DNA of 64,000 bases. Source: Desulfurococcaceae archaeon (GTDB taxonomy: Archaea > Thermoproteota > Thermoprotei_A > Sulfolobales > Desulfurococcaceae). The DNA is taken from assembly GCA_038888155.1 (NCBI GenBank), contig JAWAJB010000001.1:288001-352000 (forward strand). The letters run 5' to 3'. The notes below the pieces were generated by a model. It worked only from the letters and a program-made list of their open reading frames with translations, was not told the DNA's origin and did not search any database. This document shows positions 27,680-38,484 of this stretch, in pieces. The position numbers and the translations under genes were made by a program. Each line of letters starts with the position of its first letter. Positions within the stretch are counted from its first letter, which is position 1.

Positions 27680-28906
27680 ATGTTGATACCCTACTCGCCG
27701 TATAAGCAGCTCACATCTCTATCGGCTATTTATTTACCCAAGAAAGTTGTCTTCGAGCTGGGGGGCACCTTTAGGCTTCTAGAAGAGCTGAAGCTCTTGG
27801 GCGTTGACAGGGGATCTGGAGTACTGCTCGTGCTAGATCCGGCTGTCAAACACCTAGACCAAGTAGTTAAGGGAGTCAAGCTACTAGAGGAGGCTGGATA
27901 CCGAGTTGACGCTTACACAGACATTGAGTACGAGCCCACTATAGAGTGCGCCAAGAGGCTAGCTGAGTACGCGTGGAGAGGGGACTACAGAGCTGTTGTA
28001 GGAATTGGCGGGGGCTCAACTATAGACCTTGCCAAAGTAGCCGCTGTGGGGAGGGACAACCCAGGCAAAGACATTGAGTTATTTATAGGCCTAGATAAAG
28101 TGCCCAGGAGGCTAACCCCGCTTATAGCTTTACCTACAACTGCTGGAACAGCAGCAGAAGTGAGCAGGTTCTCAATTTTCACTAAGGGCTACAGCAAGAC
28201 TGGAATACACGGGGTACACGTAATGCCCGACGTAGCAGTTGTAGACCCGGCGCTCACCTACTCGTTGCCGCCTAGAGTAACTGCGGGCACGGGCCTAGAC
28301 GCGTTAAGCCACGCTGTTGAAGGCCTATTATCCTATGATTCTACTCTATTCTCAGATGTAGCGGCCTATTTATCAATTGAGCTGATATTCAAGTACCTGA
28401 GAAGAGCGTACTTTAAGGGCTCTGACGTAGAGGCTAGGTATTTTATGTCCCTAGCCGCTACTACTGCTGGAATTCCCTTAAATGTAGCTAGGGTAATCCT
28501 AGGCCACAGCATATCGCAGGTCGTTGGGCCAACTTACAAGTTACACCACGGGGCGGCTTGCGGCATGGCGCTACCCTATATAATGGATTTCTACTTCCCA
28601 GTTGCCCAAGAAAAGCTCGCAGTAATTGCCAGGGCTGCTGGAGTAGATACTGCGCTGCTGGATGTCCAGGGAGCTGCAGAGGAAGCTGTTAGAGCGACGT
28701 GGGACTTAGTTATGGACCTAGATATACCCCTAAGCCTCAGAGAGGTTGGGGTCTCTAGGGCCGAGCTAGAGGCTCTCGCAGAAAGAACTGTTAAGGAGTG
28801 GCCGAGGCCTAACAGTCCAATAGATTTAACCAAGGAGAGAGTCCTCAAAGTATACCAAGCTATGTACGAAGGCAGCCTAGTGAGGGTCAAGGTCGGCCAG
28901 TCGTGA
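27680..28906 (+). CDS. Iron-containing alcohol dehydrogenase
   Basis: GGGSTIDLAK, PTTAGT, DALSHAVE, GHS, HG. Confidence 0.92.
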   Translation: MLIPYSPYKQLTSLSAIYLPKKVVFELGGTFRLLEELKLLGVDRGSGVLLVLDPAVKHLDQVVKGVKLLEEAGYRVDAYTDIEYEPTIECAKRLAEYAWRGDYRAVVGIGGGSTIDLAKVAAVGRDNPGKDIELFIGLDKVPRRLTPLIALPTTAGTAAEVSRFSIFTKGYSKTGIHGVHVMPDVAVVDPALTYSLPPRVTAGTGLDALSHAVEGLLSYDSTLFSDVAAYLSIELIFKYLRRAYFKGSDVEARYFMSLAATTAGIPLNVARVILGHSISQVVGPTYKLHHGAACGMALPYIMDFYFPVAQEKLAVIARAAGVDTALLDVQGAAEEAVRATWDLVMDLDIPLSLREVGVSRAELEALAERTVKEWPRPNSPIDLTKERVLKVYQAMYEGSLVRVKVGQS

Positions 28907-29029
28907 GCTCGCAAGGACGCGTTATCCCCTAAGGAGAAATTTTTAGCTTACACAGTCACAAAGGGGGAGTAGAGTTTAGAGCTCGAGCCCCAGTAGTTGA
29001 GGGAGTGAGGCAAGCGAGTTGTACCCCCA

Positions 29030-29848
29030 GTGGAGTTTGAAAAGGCTGAAGGGCGTTCACGCTTCTGCAAGGGCGAGGATATTTTAGGCTGTAGACAACT
29101 GATGATCAGAGGTGATACGCAACTGGCTCGGGAAATTGCAACGCTTATTAGCGGACTCGAGCTACAGGAGTGTATTATCCTGAAAAGGAACAACCTGTTC
29201 ACATTAGAGGCGCTCATGAGAGGTAGTACGAAGATTGTCTATATCAACAACACTGGGAGGCTCGCGGGCGTCCTCGAGAGGGGGAAAAAGGGCTATTGCG
29301 CGAAGAACGCTAGTGGAAGCCTGGCCTTCAGAATTATAGGAGTAGAGGAGGGGGAGTACGCCACGCTCGTGGATACTATGCTGCAGGAGAGGGCCTTCCT
29401 GATTGCCCAGAGGGAGGGACTTATCAAGTGGCTTCTTGACTGCCGCCTCCTCAAGAGGAACTACAGGCTGGACTCCGAGACAATCGATCTAGCGTACGCG
29501 TGTGGCGATCAACTTGTACTCGTTGAGCTTAAAAGCGCTATTATGAAGCTGGCTGGAGGCTACGCCGGTTACCCCGACGCCCCTACGGTAAGAGGCAGGA
29601 GGCAGATCAAGGCACTAGCGGACTACGTTAAGGGCGGCGGTAGGGCAGTATTGGTCTTCATTGCTGGAGTGCCATTCGCTAGCGGATTTAAGCTGTACTG
29701 CCGCGCAGACAGAGAAATTAAGGACGTTATAGACTACGCAGCTCAATCCGGCCTCGAGCTGAGGGCTGTGAACACCTGCTTAGACCCACAGAGTAAGAGC
29801 GTTATTCTGCTAGGGGGCGACCTACCGGTTGAATTGAGTTGTGCTTAA
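29030..29848 (+). CDS. sfsA: DNA/RNA nuclease SfsA
   Basis: NNTGRL, VELKS, YPDAPTVRGRRQI. The true start is probably downstream of the ORF start. Confidence 0.85.
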   Translation: MEFEKAEGRSRFCKGEDILGCRQLMIRGDTQLAREIATLISGLELQECIILKRNNLFTLEALMRGSTKIVYINNTGRLAGVLERGKKGYCAKNASGSLAFRIIGVEEGEYATLVDTMLQERAFLIAQREGLIKWLLDCRLLKRNYRLDSETIDLAYACGDQLVLVELKSAIMKLAGGYAGYPDAPTVRGRRQIKALADYVKGGGRAVLVFIAGVPFASGFKLYCRADREIKDVIDYAAQSGLELRAVNTCLDPQSKSVILLGGDLPVELSCA

Positions 29849-29889
29849 AATAAGACTTAAAAAACCCCGTGCAAGTTTCTATCTTAGGC

Positions 29890-29991
29890 GCCGCCGTAGT
29901 ATAGCCCGGTCAAGTATGCGGGCCTCTCGAGCCCGTGACACCCTAGGCCCGGTGGGTGCGGGAAACCCGGGTTCAAATCCCGGCGGCGGCA
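29890..29991 (+). tRNA. tRNA-Glu(CTC) with a 27-nt non-canonical intron at 45/46 (29938-29964)
   Basis: Anticodon arm CGGGC-CTCTCGA-GCCCG. The intron forms a BHB: CCCG/CGGG central helix, TG^A and AA^A bulges, CACCC/GGGTG outer stem. Confidence 0.92.
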
Positions 29992-30094
29992 TTAGCTCTT
30001 ACTGAGCTCCTCCAGCTTTTGACCACAACTATAATCTTGAAGGGCTACAACAATTCGCCTTTTCTCAGGGCGAGAGCTCCAAGAGCTCCTCCCG

Positions 30095-30916
30095 CTATAG
30101 AAGACTTACGCCTTTGCCCGGAACGATGTTTAATTTAAATGAAGTTCTCCTGTGATTAGTCATCCTCATTTTCTTTACTATCAAGTACCTCTTGACTTCA
30201 TGTGCAGTCTCTACTTCTTCCATCCATAAGTGAAAAACTCCATCAGCTATGTGCTCTAGCCCAAATCCAAAAGTAGAGCGAGTAGTCATAGCGTACTGCG
30301 AAACAAGGTAGGCAGTTACGTTCTCCCTATGCGTGGCTATTTTCAAGTCGTAGCTGTACTTCCTAGCCATAGCCGGTTTATCGGCCCAAAACGCGCTGAG
30401 GGAGTCTATTATTAATCTCACGTGTTTATATGGCGATCTCGCCTTCTCGTCCTTAAGAACCTCGAGCGCTCTATAAGCTTCGTGTATTGCCGCTATGAGA
30501 GTTTGAATATCTAGCGCTGCGTATCGCCTCCTTTTAGCGCTATCTGCCTGCGCTTGGGATTGTTCGCTCATTTGCCTAGCTATCTTCAGCAGGCCAAATA
30601 TGTCAACTACAACTATATCGGGGGGGCTACCGGCCTCCTGCTTGCTTGAGATGTCGTAGACTCTGCGGGACTCAAAGTCCATGCCAAACATCTTTGCCTG
30701 CCTAACTATATCCCTGAACTCGGCCTCAGTTGTCACGTACACTACAGGGTCACCCATCAGCAGGCCTGCCCAAGCGTAGTGCATGCACATTATTGACTTC
30801 CCCGTTCCCGGCTCACCAGTAATTGCAACCCAGCTACCCTTAGGCACCCCTCCTTCAAGGGCTTCGTCTAATTCTTGAATTCCCGTTGACACCCTAACTA
30901 CGCTTGTGTGCGACAT
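30095..30916 (-). CDS. KaiC-domain RecA-superfamily ATPase
   Basis: STGIQELD, GEPGTGKS, IIDSLS, EHIADG, KMRMTNH. Confidence 0.9.
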   Translation of the reverse strand: MSHTSVVRVSTGIQELDEALEGGVPKGSWVAITGEPGTGKSIMCMHYAWAGLLMGDPVVYVTTEAEFRDIVRQAKMFGMDFESRRVYDISSKQEAGSPPDIVVVDIFGLLKIARQMSEQSQAQADSAKRRRYAALDIQTLIAAIHEAYRALEVLKDEKARSPYKHVRLIIDSLSAFWADKPAMARKYSYDLKIATHRENVTAYLVSQYAMTTRSTFGFGLEHIADGVFHLWMEEVETAHEVKRYLIVKKMRMTNHRRTSFKLNIVPGKGVSLL

Positions 30917-31079
30917 AGCTCCACCACGGTAATAATACTAAAGACTAAAAGATATCTGCCTAGGAATTCCTAGAGCTAAATTTGCCCCTAAAGCTCTGCA
31001 AGGGCATTTTCCGGTTGTAGGGGCAATAAGATAAACTGCATGCGCTGATTTAGGGGGCGCGGCGCTGTATAAGCTTAAA

Positions 31080-31709
31080 TCAATACTGTAGCTCCTTTAA
31101 GTACTGCTCTATGTATAAGGTGTGATCTACTATTCTTTCAATGTGCCTCATCAACAGGGCTTTACACGCAACTTCTCTACTAACTGTTTCGCTCTTCGTA
31201 ATCTCCTTTAAAACACTGCCGTACCTCTCGTCAACCTCGCGGTCTATGTTCAGCAGCACCTCTTCGCTGAGGGGCTTTAGCTTATCTATGTCCCCAACAA
31301 TAGCTTTAACTGCGCTCGCAACTAAGGCAAACGTGCTTTGTAATTCCTGTATTCTGCTTATGCTGCTCTCGGGCATCATTAACATGTCTATCTTGGCTAT
31401 TTCCCTACAATACCTCGATATCCTGTACATATCGTACGTAATGCTTATAATGATTTGAGCCTCCCTGAGCTCTAGCCCGAGCGGCTGCCTTCTAGCTATG
31501 AAAACTAAGACCTCTGTCACTATTTCTTTCCTCAAGTTTTCCAGTATTATCGATATCTCGTTGATTTCGTCCCACGCTTTTTCCCTCTCACTTAAGTTTA
31601 TATCGCTTGAAAATAGCGCGTAGATCTTATCTGTGCTCTCTCCTGTAAGCTTCGCCATTCGGAGTAGGGCGCCCCTAATTCTCTGTAGTCCCTCGGAAGA
31701 CAACTTCAC
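31080..31709 (-). CDS. phoU: Phosphate uptake regulator PhoU
   Basis: [17 protein letters not shown]; last gene of the pst operon. Confidence 0.85.
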   Translation of the reverse strand: MKLSSEGLQRIRGALLRMAKLTGESTDKIYALFSSDINLSEREKAWDEINEISIILENLRKEIVTEVLVFIARRQPLGLELREAQIIISITYDMYRISRYCREIAKIDMLMMPESSISRIQELQSTFALVASAVKAIVGDIDKLKPLSEEVLLNIDREVDERYGSVLKEITKSETVSREVACKALLMRHIERIVDHTLYIEQYLKELQY

Positions 31710-32455
31710 ACTTCACCTCTCAGAAACTTAGATGTAAACTCTGTCCTCGGACTTAAAAAGACTTGAGAGACTGGGCCCTGCTCGATTATCGAGCCGTTGT
31801 ATATCATCGCTACCTGGTCTGCAACTCTTGCTGCCTGGTGGGGGGAGTGAGTCACCATAATTATTGTGATGTCCTCCTTTAAAGCAGTTATTGCCTCCTC
31901 TATTTTTCGCGCGTTCAGCGGGTCTATGTTAGCAGTTGGCTCATCCAACAAGAGGAGCTTTGGCTTCATGGCAAGAGCTCTAGCTAAGCACAGCCTCTGC
32001 TTTTGACCTCCGCTGAGTACGTGCGGGTAGCTAGTGAGCCGATCCTCCACTTCATCCCACAGCATGGCCTTCTCCAGGGCCCACTTGACAATTTCATCGA
32101 GTTCCTTCTTGCTTCTAGCAACGCCATTTATCTTGGCTGCAATGGCGACGTTTTCATATATTGTCATGTGGGGAAATGGGTTTGGTATCTGGAAGACCAT
32201 CCCTATATTTTTCCTTAGATCGTACGGATCTACGCTATATGCATCTTGTCCAAGCACTTTCACTACGCCCTCAAGCCTTGAGCTCGGGTTCAGCTCAATG
32301 AGCCTGTTTAAAACCCTCAAAATAGTTGTCTTGCCCGATCCCGAGGGTCCCATTATTACGTATACTGTGTTGTATGGGACCTTTAATGAGATGTTCTTCA
32401 GTATGTGCTTGCTATCAATGTACAAGTTAACGTTGATTAACTCTGCAGCGTACAC
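31706..32455 (-). CDS. pstB: Phosphate ABC transporter ATPase
   Basis: [30 protein letters not shown]; probable GTG start at 32455. Confidence 0.93.
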   Translation of the reverse strand: MYAAELINVNLYIDSKHILKNISLKVPYNTVYVIMGPSGSGKTTILRVLNRLIELNPSSRLEGVVKVLGQDAYSVDPYDLRKNIGMVFQIPNPFPHMTIYENVAIAAKINGVARSKKELDEIVKWALEKAMLWDEVEDRLTSYPHVLSGGQKQRLCLARALAMKPKLLLLDEPTANIDPLNARKIEEAITALKEDITIIMVTHSPHQAARVADQVAMIYNGSIIEQGPVSQVFLSPRTEFTSKFLRGEV

Positions 32456-33300
32456 TAAAGCTTCACCTCCTTTACGAGGAATTTTGTAGACAAGAATATA
32501 ATTAAATAAGATAAGAGAAGCAGGGCGGCTGCTGCCCATGAAAGCTCTTGGAACACTCTATATGGCGTTAACACGTAGTCAAATATAAGCAGGGGAATTG
32601 CATCGGTTGGACCAAATAAGGACAGCGAAACTTCAAGCCTGTACCTACCTGTTACGAAGAGTATTGCAGCTGTTTCTCCAAGTATTCTAGCCATTGTCAT
32701 TAAAATTGCAACAGAGAGCCCGCGCCTTATTATTGGGACGAATACGCTTATTATTGTCCTCCACCTGCTCATTGCAATTGAGTACGCAGCCTCTCTGTAA
32801 ATTGCTGGAATAGAGCGCATATACGTTGATATATACGTGTAGGAGTAAGGCAGAGATATTATTGTTAGCGCAACTGCGCCTGCGAGAGCTGAGAACTGCC
32901 CCATAGGAACTACTACAGTTAAGTAAACGGCCATTGAGACAACTATAGTGGGTATGCTTGCAAGGGATTTAGCGACGACGTCTACAATCATTGACAGCGG
33001 GTTCTTTGGGAACTCTGTCGACAGCACTGCAGCTAAAAAGGCTAAGGCAATAGAAATAGGCAGAGAGATTGCTGTCATCGTTATTGAGCCCACTAGGGCT
33101 GGCGCAATTCCTCCAACCTCTCTAGACAGGGGGGTTGGCGGCGTGTTGACGAAGAAGCCTATGCCGGCCCTTAGAATTATTGGCAGGCCATTGCTTAGCG
33201 TGACAATTATAGTGTGTACTATTGGTATTACAGCTATAACTGACATTAAAAGCACTAGTACAAAGAAAAGTCTGTCCTTTGTCCTCCTCAAATCATACAA
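32455..33300 (-). CDS. pstA: Phosphate ABC transporter permease
   Basis: [22 protein letters not shown]. Confidence 0.9.
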   Translation of the reverse strand: MYDLRRTKDRLFFVLVLLMSVIAVIPIVHTIIVTLSNGLPIILRAGIGFFVNTPPTPLSREVGGIAPALVGSITMTAISLPISIALAFLAAVLSTEFPKNPLSMIVDVVAKSLASIPTIVVSMAVYLTVVVPMGQFSALAGAVALTIISLPYSYTYISTYMRSIPAIYREAAYSIAMSRWRTIISVFVPIIRRGLSVAILMTMARILGETAAILFVTGRYRLEVSLSLFGPTDAIPLLIFDYVLTPYRVFQELSWAAAALLLLSYLIIFLSTKFLVKEVKL

Positions 33301-34210
33301 GGATCTTCCCCCTCCACTTAATCATCATTGACAGCCCCATGAAACTTAGTACGACGGCAATCAAGAGAATAAATAGAGCTGAGGCGTAGAGCGTGGACTC
33401 TGCGTATTTGTACAGGTACGCGTTAGCGAACTGAGATGCTATCAGCGCTGAAACAGTTATACCGGGAGAGAATATGCACGAACCGAAGTACACGGAGTTC
33501 CCAATTGTAGTTACAGCAATTGTTGTTTCCCCGAGAGACCTCGCGAACCCTAAGACTAGTGAGGCAAATACAGCAGGTTTTGCGAGAGACATTAAAATCC
33601 TTATTGACTCGTACCTCGTGCACCCAATTCCCAAGCAGGCCTCCCTGAGCGCTTGGGGGATACTTTGGTAAGCCTCGTACACCATAGCTGTAACATATGG
33701 AACTATGGAGATCCCTATTGATACCCCCGCTGTAAATATAGTGAAGCTCGTTATGGGCCTGCAAGAAAAGATCGGTAAAATCGATAAATACGCGTGCAGC
33801 GGATCCATTACGTAGTTTTTCAATATAGGTGCAAGGTACATTGAAGCCCACATAGCGTATATTATTGTTGGAACGCCGCCCATGAGCTCCACTACTGATG
33901 ACAACACGTTTTTCGCTGGCCCGCGTAGGTATTCAGCTATTAGAATAGTCAGGGGAAGCGAGAGAAGCAGAGCAGTAAACACTGCTAACACTGACGTCAG
34001 TACTGAGCCCCATATTGGCGTCAATAGGCCGTACCTGAGGTTCTCAGGATCCCAAGCGGTTGAAGTTATTAACTCGAGGCCGAAGCGATTTAGCGATTCG
34101 AGCGAATTTGAGGTAATCGTGATGACTGTAATTATCAGAATGCCCAACAATATAACTGAAGAAGGTAGCAACGAGAGAAAAAACACTTTATCCTTTCTAG
34201 ACAAGCGCAT
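33293..34210 (-). CDS. pstC: Phosphate ABC transporter permease
   Basis: WDPENLRYG, VPTIIY, REAC, RSLGET. Confidence 0.9.
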   Translation of the reverse strand: MRLSRKDKVFFLSLLPSSVILLGILIITVITITSNSLESLNRFGLELITSTAWDPENLRYGLLTPIWGSVLTSVLAVFTALLLSLPLTILIAEYLRGPAKNVLSSVVELMGGVPTIIYAMWASMYLAPILKNYVMDPLHAYLSILPIFSCRPITSFTIFTAGVSIGISIVPYVTAMVYEAYQSIPQALREACLGIGCTRYESIRILMSLAKPAVFASLVLGFARSLGETTIAVTTIGNSVYFGSCIFSPGITVSALIASQFANAYLYKYAESTLYASALFILLIAVVLSFMGLSMMIKWRGKILV

Positions 34211-34217
34211 AAAAGTA

Positions 34218-35339
34218 TCACGCAGTCTCTATAATGTTAATCGCATTATTTAATAACATTCTAATGGATTGGGGCGGCGGAACGTAGCCCGGAATGGTGT
34301 TGTTGTAGCCTTCGTCTAGTATCCACCTTAGAAATTCCTTTATTGTCAACGCCCTCGCTTGATCATACCTTCGCCACAGAATTAAATGAGTTAATGCCGA
34401 TATAGGGTAGCTCTTCGCGCCTGGAGCGTAGACAGCTTCGTAAACTACGTGACTGAAGTCGTCGAGCGGGGATGAAGGGATGTTGACGTTCTCTAAAGCG
34501 CTCATTAAAGTTTCCCTTGATGCCTCTACGAAGGCTCCTGCAGCGTTTTTCAATAAGGCTGTTGGCAGGTTATTAGCTATCGCGTATCCCCACTCTACAT
34601 AGCCTATGCTATAGGGAGTCTGCTTCACTATTTGTGTGACTCCTTCGTTTCCCTTTCCGCCTATGCCCCTACCTAAGGCTATTACAGGCCAATTCACTGT
34701 TTTTCCAACTAGCTCTTTTGGCCACATGTTGTTGGTTGCCTTATTGAGGTAAGTTGTGAATATTTCCGTAGTTCCGCTTGAGTCAGACCTGTATACAGCG
34801 ATAATCTCCTTATGTGGGAGAGCTCCTGCGATCCCTGGGTTTAAGTTCTTGATGTAGGAGTCGTCCCAGTAAGCGATTTCGCCTTTGTATATTTTAGCGA
34901 GTGCAATTTCATCAAGTCTTATTGTAGTGTTTACCGGCACTTCGGGTATGTTGTAGATAACTACAACGCCGCCGATAAGCCAGGGTATCTGAATTATCTC
35001 TCCTTTGTTCTTCTCCCACACGTCTTTTGAGAGAGGCGGGTCGCTGCAGGCGAAGTCTACTGTTCCCTGGAAAAACATGCTGAGTCCTGCGCCGCTTCCA
35101 ACTGATTGATAGTTAACCCTTATTCCCTTCTTTGCGTAGAAGAGTTGTGCCCACTCGTTTACCTGTGGGAATACAAATGAGGCGCCTGCACCTTGCAACA
35201 GTGTGAACTGGGGCGTAGGGGTTGGTGTTGGTGTGGGAGTGACCACGTTACGTGGGATAGTTGTCATGTACGCGAGTATTATTGCCCCAATTACTACTAG
35301 CGTTGCTATTATTGTCAAGTTTTTGTACTTACCATTCAT
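34218..35339 (-). CDS. pstS: Phosphate-binding protein
   Basis: GAGASF, YQSVGSGAG, RSDSSGTT, GKGNEGV; N-terminal TM followed by a PT linker. Confidence 0.95.
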   Translation of the reverse strand: MNGKYKNLTIIATLVVIGAIILAYMTTIPRNVVTPTPTPTPTPQFTLLQGAGASFVFPQVNEWAQLFYAKKGIRVNYQSVGSGAGLSMFFQGTVDFACSDPPLSKDVWEKNKGEIIQIPWLIGGVVVIYNIPEVPVNTTIRLDEIALAKIYKGEIAYWDDSYIKNLNPGIAGALPHKEIIAVYRSDSSGTTEIFTTYLNKATNNMWPKELVGKTVNWPVIALGRGIGGKGNEGVTQIVKQTPYSIGYVEWGYAIANNLPTALLKNAAGAFVEASRETLMSALENVNIPSSPLDDFSHVVYEAVYAPGAKSYPISALTHLILWRRYDQARALTIKEFLRWILDEGYNNTIPGYVPPPQSIRMLLNNAINIIETA

Positions 35340-35455
35340 ATTAACCTCCGTATCTAGGAATCAAAGTATGTACTTTTAAATACCTTTAATATTAAATTTA
35401 AATATAGTTTAAATATTTAAATGTATTTTGAGAATAAATGCACTAGGCGATAGGC

Positions 35456-36475
35456 GTGTTTAAAAGGAGAGTTCAAGCCATAGGGGACACATTCATAATA
35501 TCAATCCCAAAGGAGTGGGCTAGGCTTCACAACTTAAAGCGCCAAGACGAAGTGCTATTAGAGACTCTCCCAGACCTCAGCTTGATGATAATACCGCCGT
35601 CCAAATCAACAAAGCAGGTGAGAACTCACTCAATTGAGCTTGAGCTCGTTGGAGACTTAAAGTACGACTTAATGAACGCTATATCTAGGTACCTCGTAGG
35701 ATATGATGAATTCTATTTAAAGGCTAACCTCGCTAACCAAGACTACTTAAAGCTCTTCATTAAGGAATTAACGTCAAAGGTGCTAGGACTAGAGATCGTC
35801 AGCTTTGAAGAGAGCTCGGCTGTAGTGAAAAACGTAGCTGGAGACTTCAGTTTAAATGTAAACGAAGTAGTGGAGAGGCTATTTAAAATCCTCGACTCAA
35901 CTATGAGGGACTTGCTCGCAGCAATTAAGAGCGAGAACCCCAGCGAAAGCAAGCTTGCAGAGCTAGTTGAAAAGGACGGCCTAGCTGACAAATTAACCAT
36001 GTACTCGCTGAGGGTACTAAACAAGATTTTGCTGGGAGAGTACTTACCTAGGGAATACGGGTTTTCATCGTTCCTTGAGGCGAACATAACGCACGATGTA
36101 CTCAGAGACCTCGAAAGATCTATTGATCATATAGCTTATATTGCACAGAGCATGCTCGGATCACAAATGAAGTTTGCCGATGAAGATAGAGCGCTTGTAA
36201 TAAGCCATTTCGAGAAGCTAATAGAATTTTCAAGTGTTGTTAGGGGAGCCGTTGAGGAGTTCCAGCATGAACAAGTCCACACAGTGATTAGCGCCAAATA
36301 TAACGAGCTAATGAGCATTGAGGGAGAATACGCGAATGCTATAAAGAAGAACCCCAACATGCACTTGATGCTTGACAATTTACGCAGAGTTAAGGCGTAC
36401 CTATTCGATATAGTTGAGCTCATGATGGATAAGAGCGCTACCTTAACTAAGGTGCCGGGCGCAAGTAAAAAATAG
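35456..36475 (+). CDS. AbrB-PhoU fusion phosphate regulator
   Basis: RRVQ..G.TFIISIPKEWA (AbrB-type N-terminus) plus PhoU repeats (LERSIDH); divergent from pstS. Confidence 0.85.
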   Translation: MFKRRVQAIGDTFIISIPKEWARLHNLKRQDEVLLETLPDLSLMIIPPSKSTKQVRTHSIELELVGDLKYDLMNAISRYLVGYDEFYLKANLANQDYLKLFIKELTSKVLGLEIVSFEESSAVVKNVAGDFSLNVNEVVERLFKILDSTMRDLLAAIKSENPSESKLAELVEKDGLADKLTMYSLRVLNKILLGEYLPREYGFSSFLEANITHDVLRDLERSIDHIAYIAQSMLGSQMKFADEDRALVISHFEKLIEFSSVVRGAVEEFQHEQVHTVISAKYNELMSIEGEYANAIKKNPNMHLMLDNLRRVKAYLFDIVELMMDKSATLTKVPGASKK

Positions 36476-36573
36476 CTTAATGGCTGCGTTGAGCTTCGGC
36501 TCTGACTGTATTATGCAGAGCTTGCTTGAATCAAACGCTACTGAAAGCGCTAACGACAGCGCTCTGCCCTAGA

Positions 36574-36915
36574 CTACCTCTCCGACACTGCTCCCCCAAT
36601 AACTCCCCCTATACCAGCTAGAATAGCAGTAAGTAGGCTGAAGAGAATGCTCAGGGCGCCAACAATTATCCCCAGGAAGGCGCCCACTATTGCTCCTATG
36701 ATTCCACCTATGGCTCCTCCAATGAAAGTCAGAAGCGTAAACACGAGGATGCCTCCGAGAATTCCTCCAGTGAAGCCTGCAATAAACCCTCCCCTTGTCC
36801 CCCTTCCAGTTACAATTCCCCCCACAATTCCAGCTAGTAGCGGGCCAACAATAGGGATCCACCCAATGAGCAGGAGGAGCACAAATGTAACAATAACGCC
36901 AGCCGCGTAGCCCAT
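36574..36915 (-). CDS. Gly-rich small membrane protein (DUF5518-like)
   Basis: WIPIVGPLLAGIVGG...GGFIAGF. Confidence 0.7.
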   Translation of the reverse strand: MGYAAGVIVTFVLLLLIGWIPIVGPLLAGIVGGIVTGRGTRGGFIAGFTGGILGGILVFTLLTFIGGAIGGIIGAIVGAFLGIIVGALSILFSLLTAILAGIGGVIGGAVSER

Positions 36916-37002
36916 GAGTTCCCCTCTCTTTGCATTATTTAGCCCATATCTGAAAGCTGCGTATTATATTTATCTGCTAATTGCGCCTGCGCGAATAGGG
37001 CC

Positions 37003-37530
37003 TTAGTCGGGTTTAGGAGGAGTGACGTTCAGTTGCCCCTGGTACTTACCCTGATATGGCTTGAACACTGGGCTACTTGTCCTCAAGAACACTATGTGTA
37101 GAAAGCGCTGCTCGGGGTACACTCTAACGGGGTGAGGTCCGCCAATTATTTCAATTGTAATGTTGCCCTTAAAGCCCGCGTCAATAACTGTAGGCGGAAT
37201 GTATATGCCGGCCCTAGCGAAACTGCTACGCAGGTTGACTAACCCCACGAGGTCGTTTGGTAGCTCTACCCACTCAAGCGTAGTAGCTAAAACGTGTTCG
37301 TAAGGGTTTATAACGAAGCCGCTGTCTGCATCCATATCTAGGCACTCCATTACATCAGAAACGTTCATGGCCTTAGTGTCCACTAGCGTGTTGTTTCCCC
37401 TAAACTTGCAGAACCTGTAGCCGAACCTCAAGTCTACGCCGTTTTCCCTCACAGTGTCATCAAAGAGCGGACTTATTGTAAGCAACTTCTTCTCCAAGTA
37501 CACCTTGATATCCCAGTCGCTTAAAATCAC
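37003..37530 (-). CDS. dcd: dCTP deaminase
   Basis: MILSDWDI, RSSFARAG, IDAGFKGNITIE, GKYQGQ. Confidence 0.95.
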   Translation of the reverse strand: MILSDWDIKVYLEKKLLTISPLFDDTVRENGVDLRFGYRFCKFRGNNTLVDTKAMNVSDVMECLDMDADSGFVINPYEHVLATTLEWVELPNDLVGLVNLRSSFARAGIYIPPTVIDAGFKGNITIEIIGGPHPVRVYPEQRFLHIVFLRTSSPVFKPYQGKYQGQLNVTPPKPD

Positions 37531-37575
37531 TTGCTGACACCTCGCCTCTGAGTTTAGATTTGGCTTCTTTTGTTT

Positions 37576-38484
37576 TTAAGAGGGGAGATCTATTTGTGCT
37601 CTCTTGAGGCAGCTACGCATTTGATCTCTTGGAACTCTCTCGGGGCACCTAGATATAGTGAAGGTTGCTTCCCCAACTAGGTACTCCCTCAGCGTGCAGG
37701 TTTTCTCGCCAGCTCTGTTCTCGTACAGCACGCACCTAGGCCCTGTGTACCAGAATATTAGCGGGTGGGCCCTTACTAGCTGTTGCCAGAGACTCCACGC
37801 TATCATCCTAATCTCCCACTGAGCCCTGTTGCACATCCTCAGCGGGAGGAAAACCTCGACTAGCTCTCTAGCGTTCATTGACACGACAACTCTCGTTTTA
37901 ACGGCCTGTGGAAGAATGTAGCGAGCGTCCTCGTGTGGAATGCCCATGCTTAGCGCTCTGTAGTAGTTTGCTGTGTACTCTAGAAGCGACTTAAGGAGCT
38001 CTACGCGCTGCTTCTCTACTGCAGAGGGCGGTATTATAAAGGCCTCGCCCAAGAGGTCGAGCAACGCGTTGAACTCGAGGTGGCTTTTAGCTACCCGGCT
38101 CAAAACATCTGCGTGGAGTTCATAGGAATCCCTATAATCTACTCCAGCGAGTTCGCAAGCCTTTATAACAAGTTTCTTTAGGTATTTGTCGCTATATCTT
38201 TGGCTGAGCTGGCTGTAGCTAGCGTGTCTGTGCCTTACTAGTTGGTGGCTGGTAACGCGGCTACAGACAACTTCGTATACGTACAGGCAATGCTCTAGCG
38301 GGCTTCCGTGTCCTCTAGCTATTAGCTCTTTGATCCACCCTCCAATATCGCTACTCTCCATGTTCTCGCTTATTTCTGTGAAGTCTTTTGGGGAGAGAGT
38401 TGCCTTTGCAGATGAAGCTACAATTTTCTCTGCGAGCGGTGTAGCGTAGATTAGCTTAACTGTGGGGAGGTAGTTTAAGCTCAC
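37576..38484 (-). CDS. thyX: FAD-dependent thymidylate synthase
   Basis: GHGSPLEH, HQLVRHR...SQRY, EDARYILP, RAQWEIR. Confidence 0.95.
   Translation of the reverse strand: MSLNYLPTVKLIYATPLAEKIVASSAKATLSPKDFTEISENMESSDIGGWIKELIARGHGSPLEHCLYVYEVVCSRVTSHQLVRHRHASYSQLSQRYSDKYLKKLVIKACELAGVDYRDSYELHADVLSRVAKSHLEFNALLDLLGEAFIIPPSAVEKQRVELLKSLLEYTANYYRALSMGIPHEDARYILPQAVKTRVVVSMNARELVEVFLPLRMCNRAQWEIRMIAWSLWQQLVRAHPLIFWYTGPRCVLYENRAGEKTCTLREYLVGEATFTISRCPERVPRDQMRSCLKRAQIDLPS

Noticed and set aside
35213-35241. Short tandem repeat in pstS
   Set aside because: Encodes an ordinary Pro-Thr linker of a membrane-anchored binding protein.
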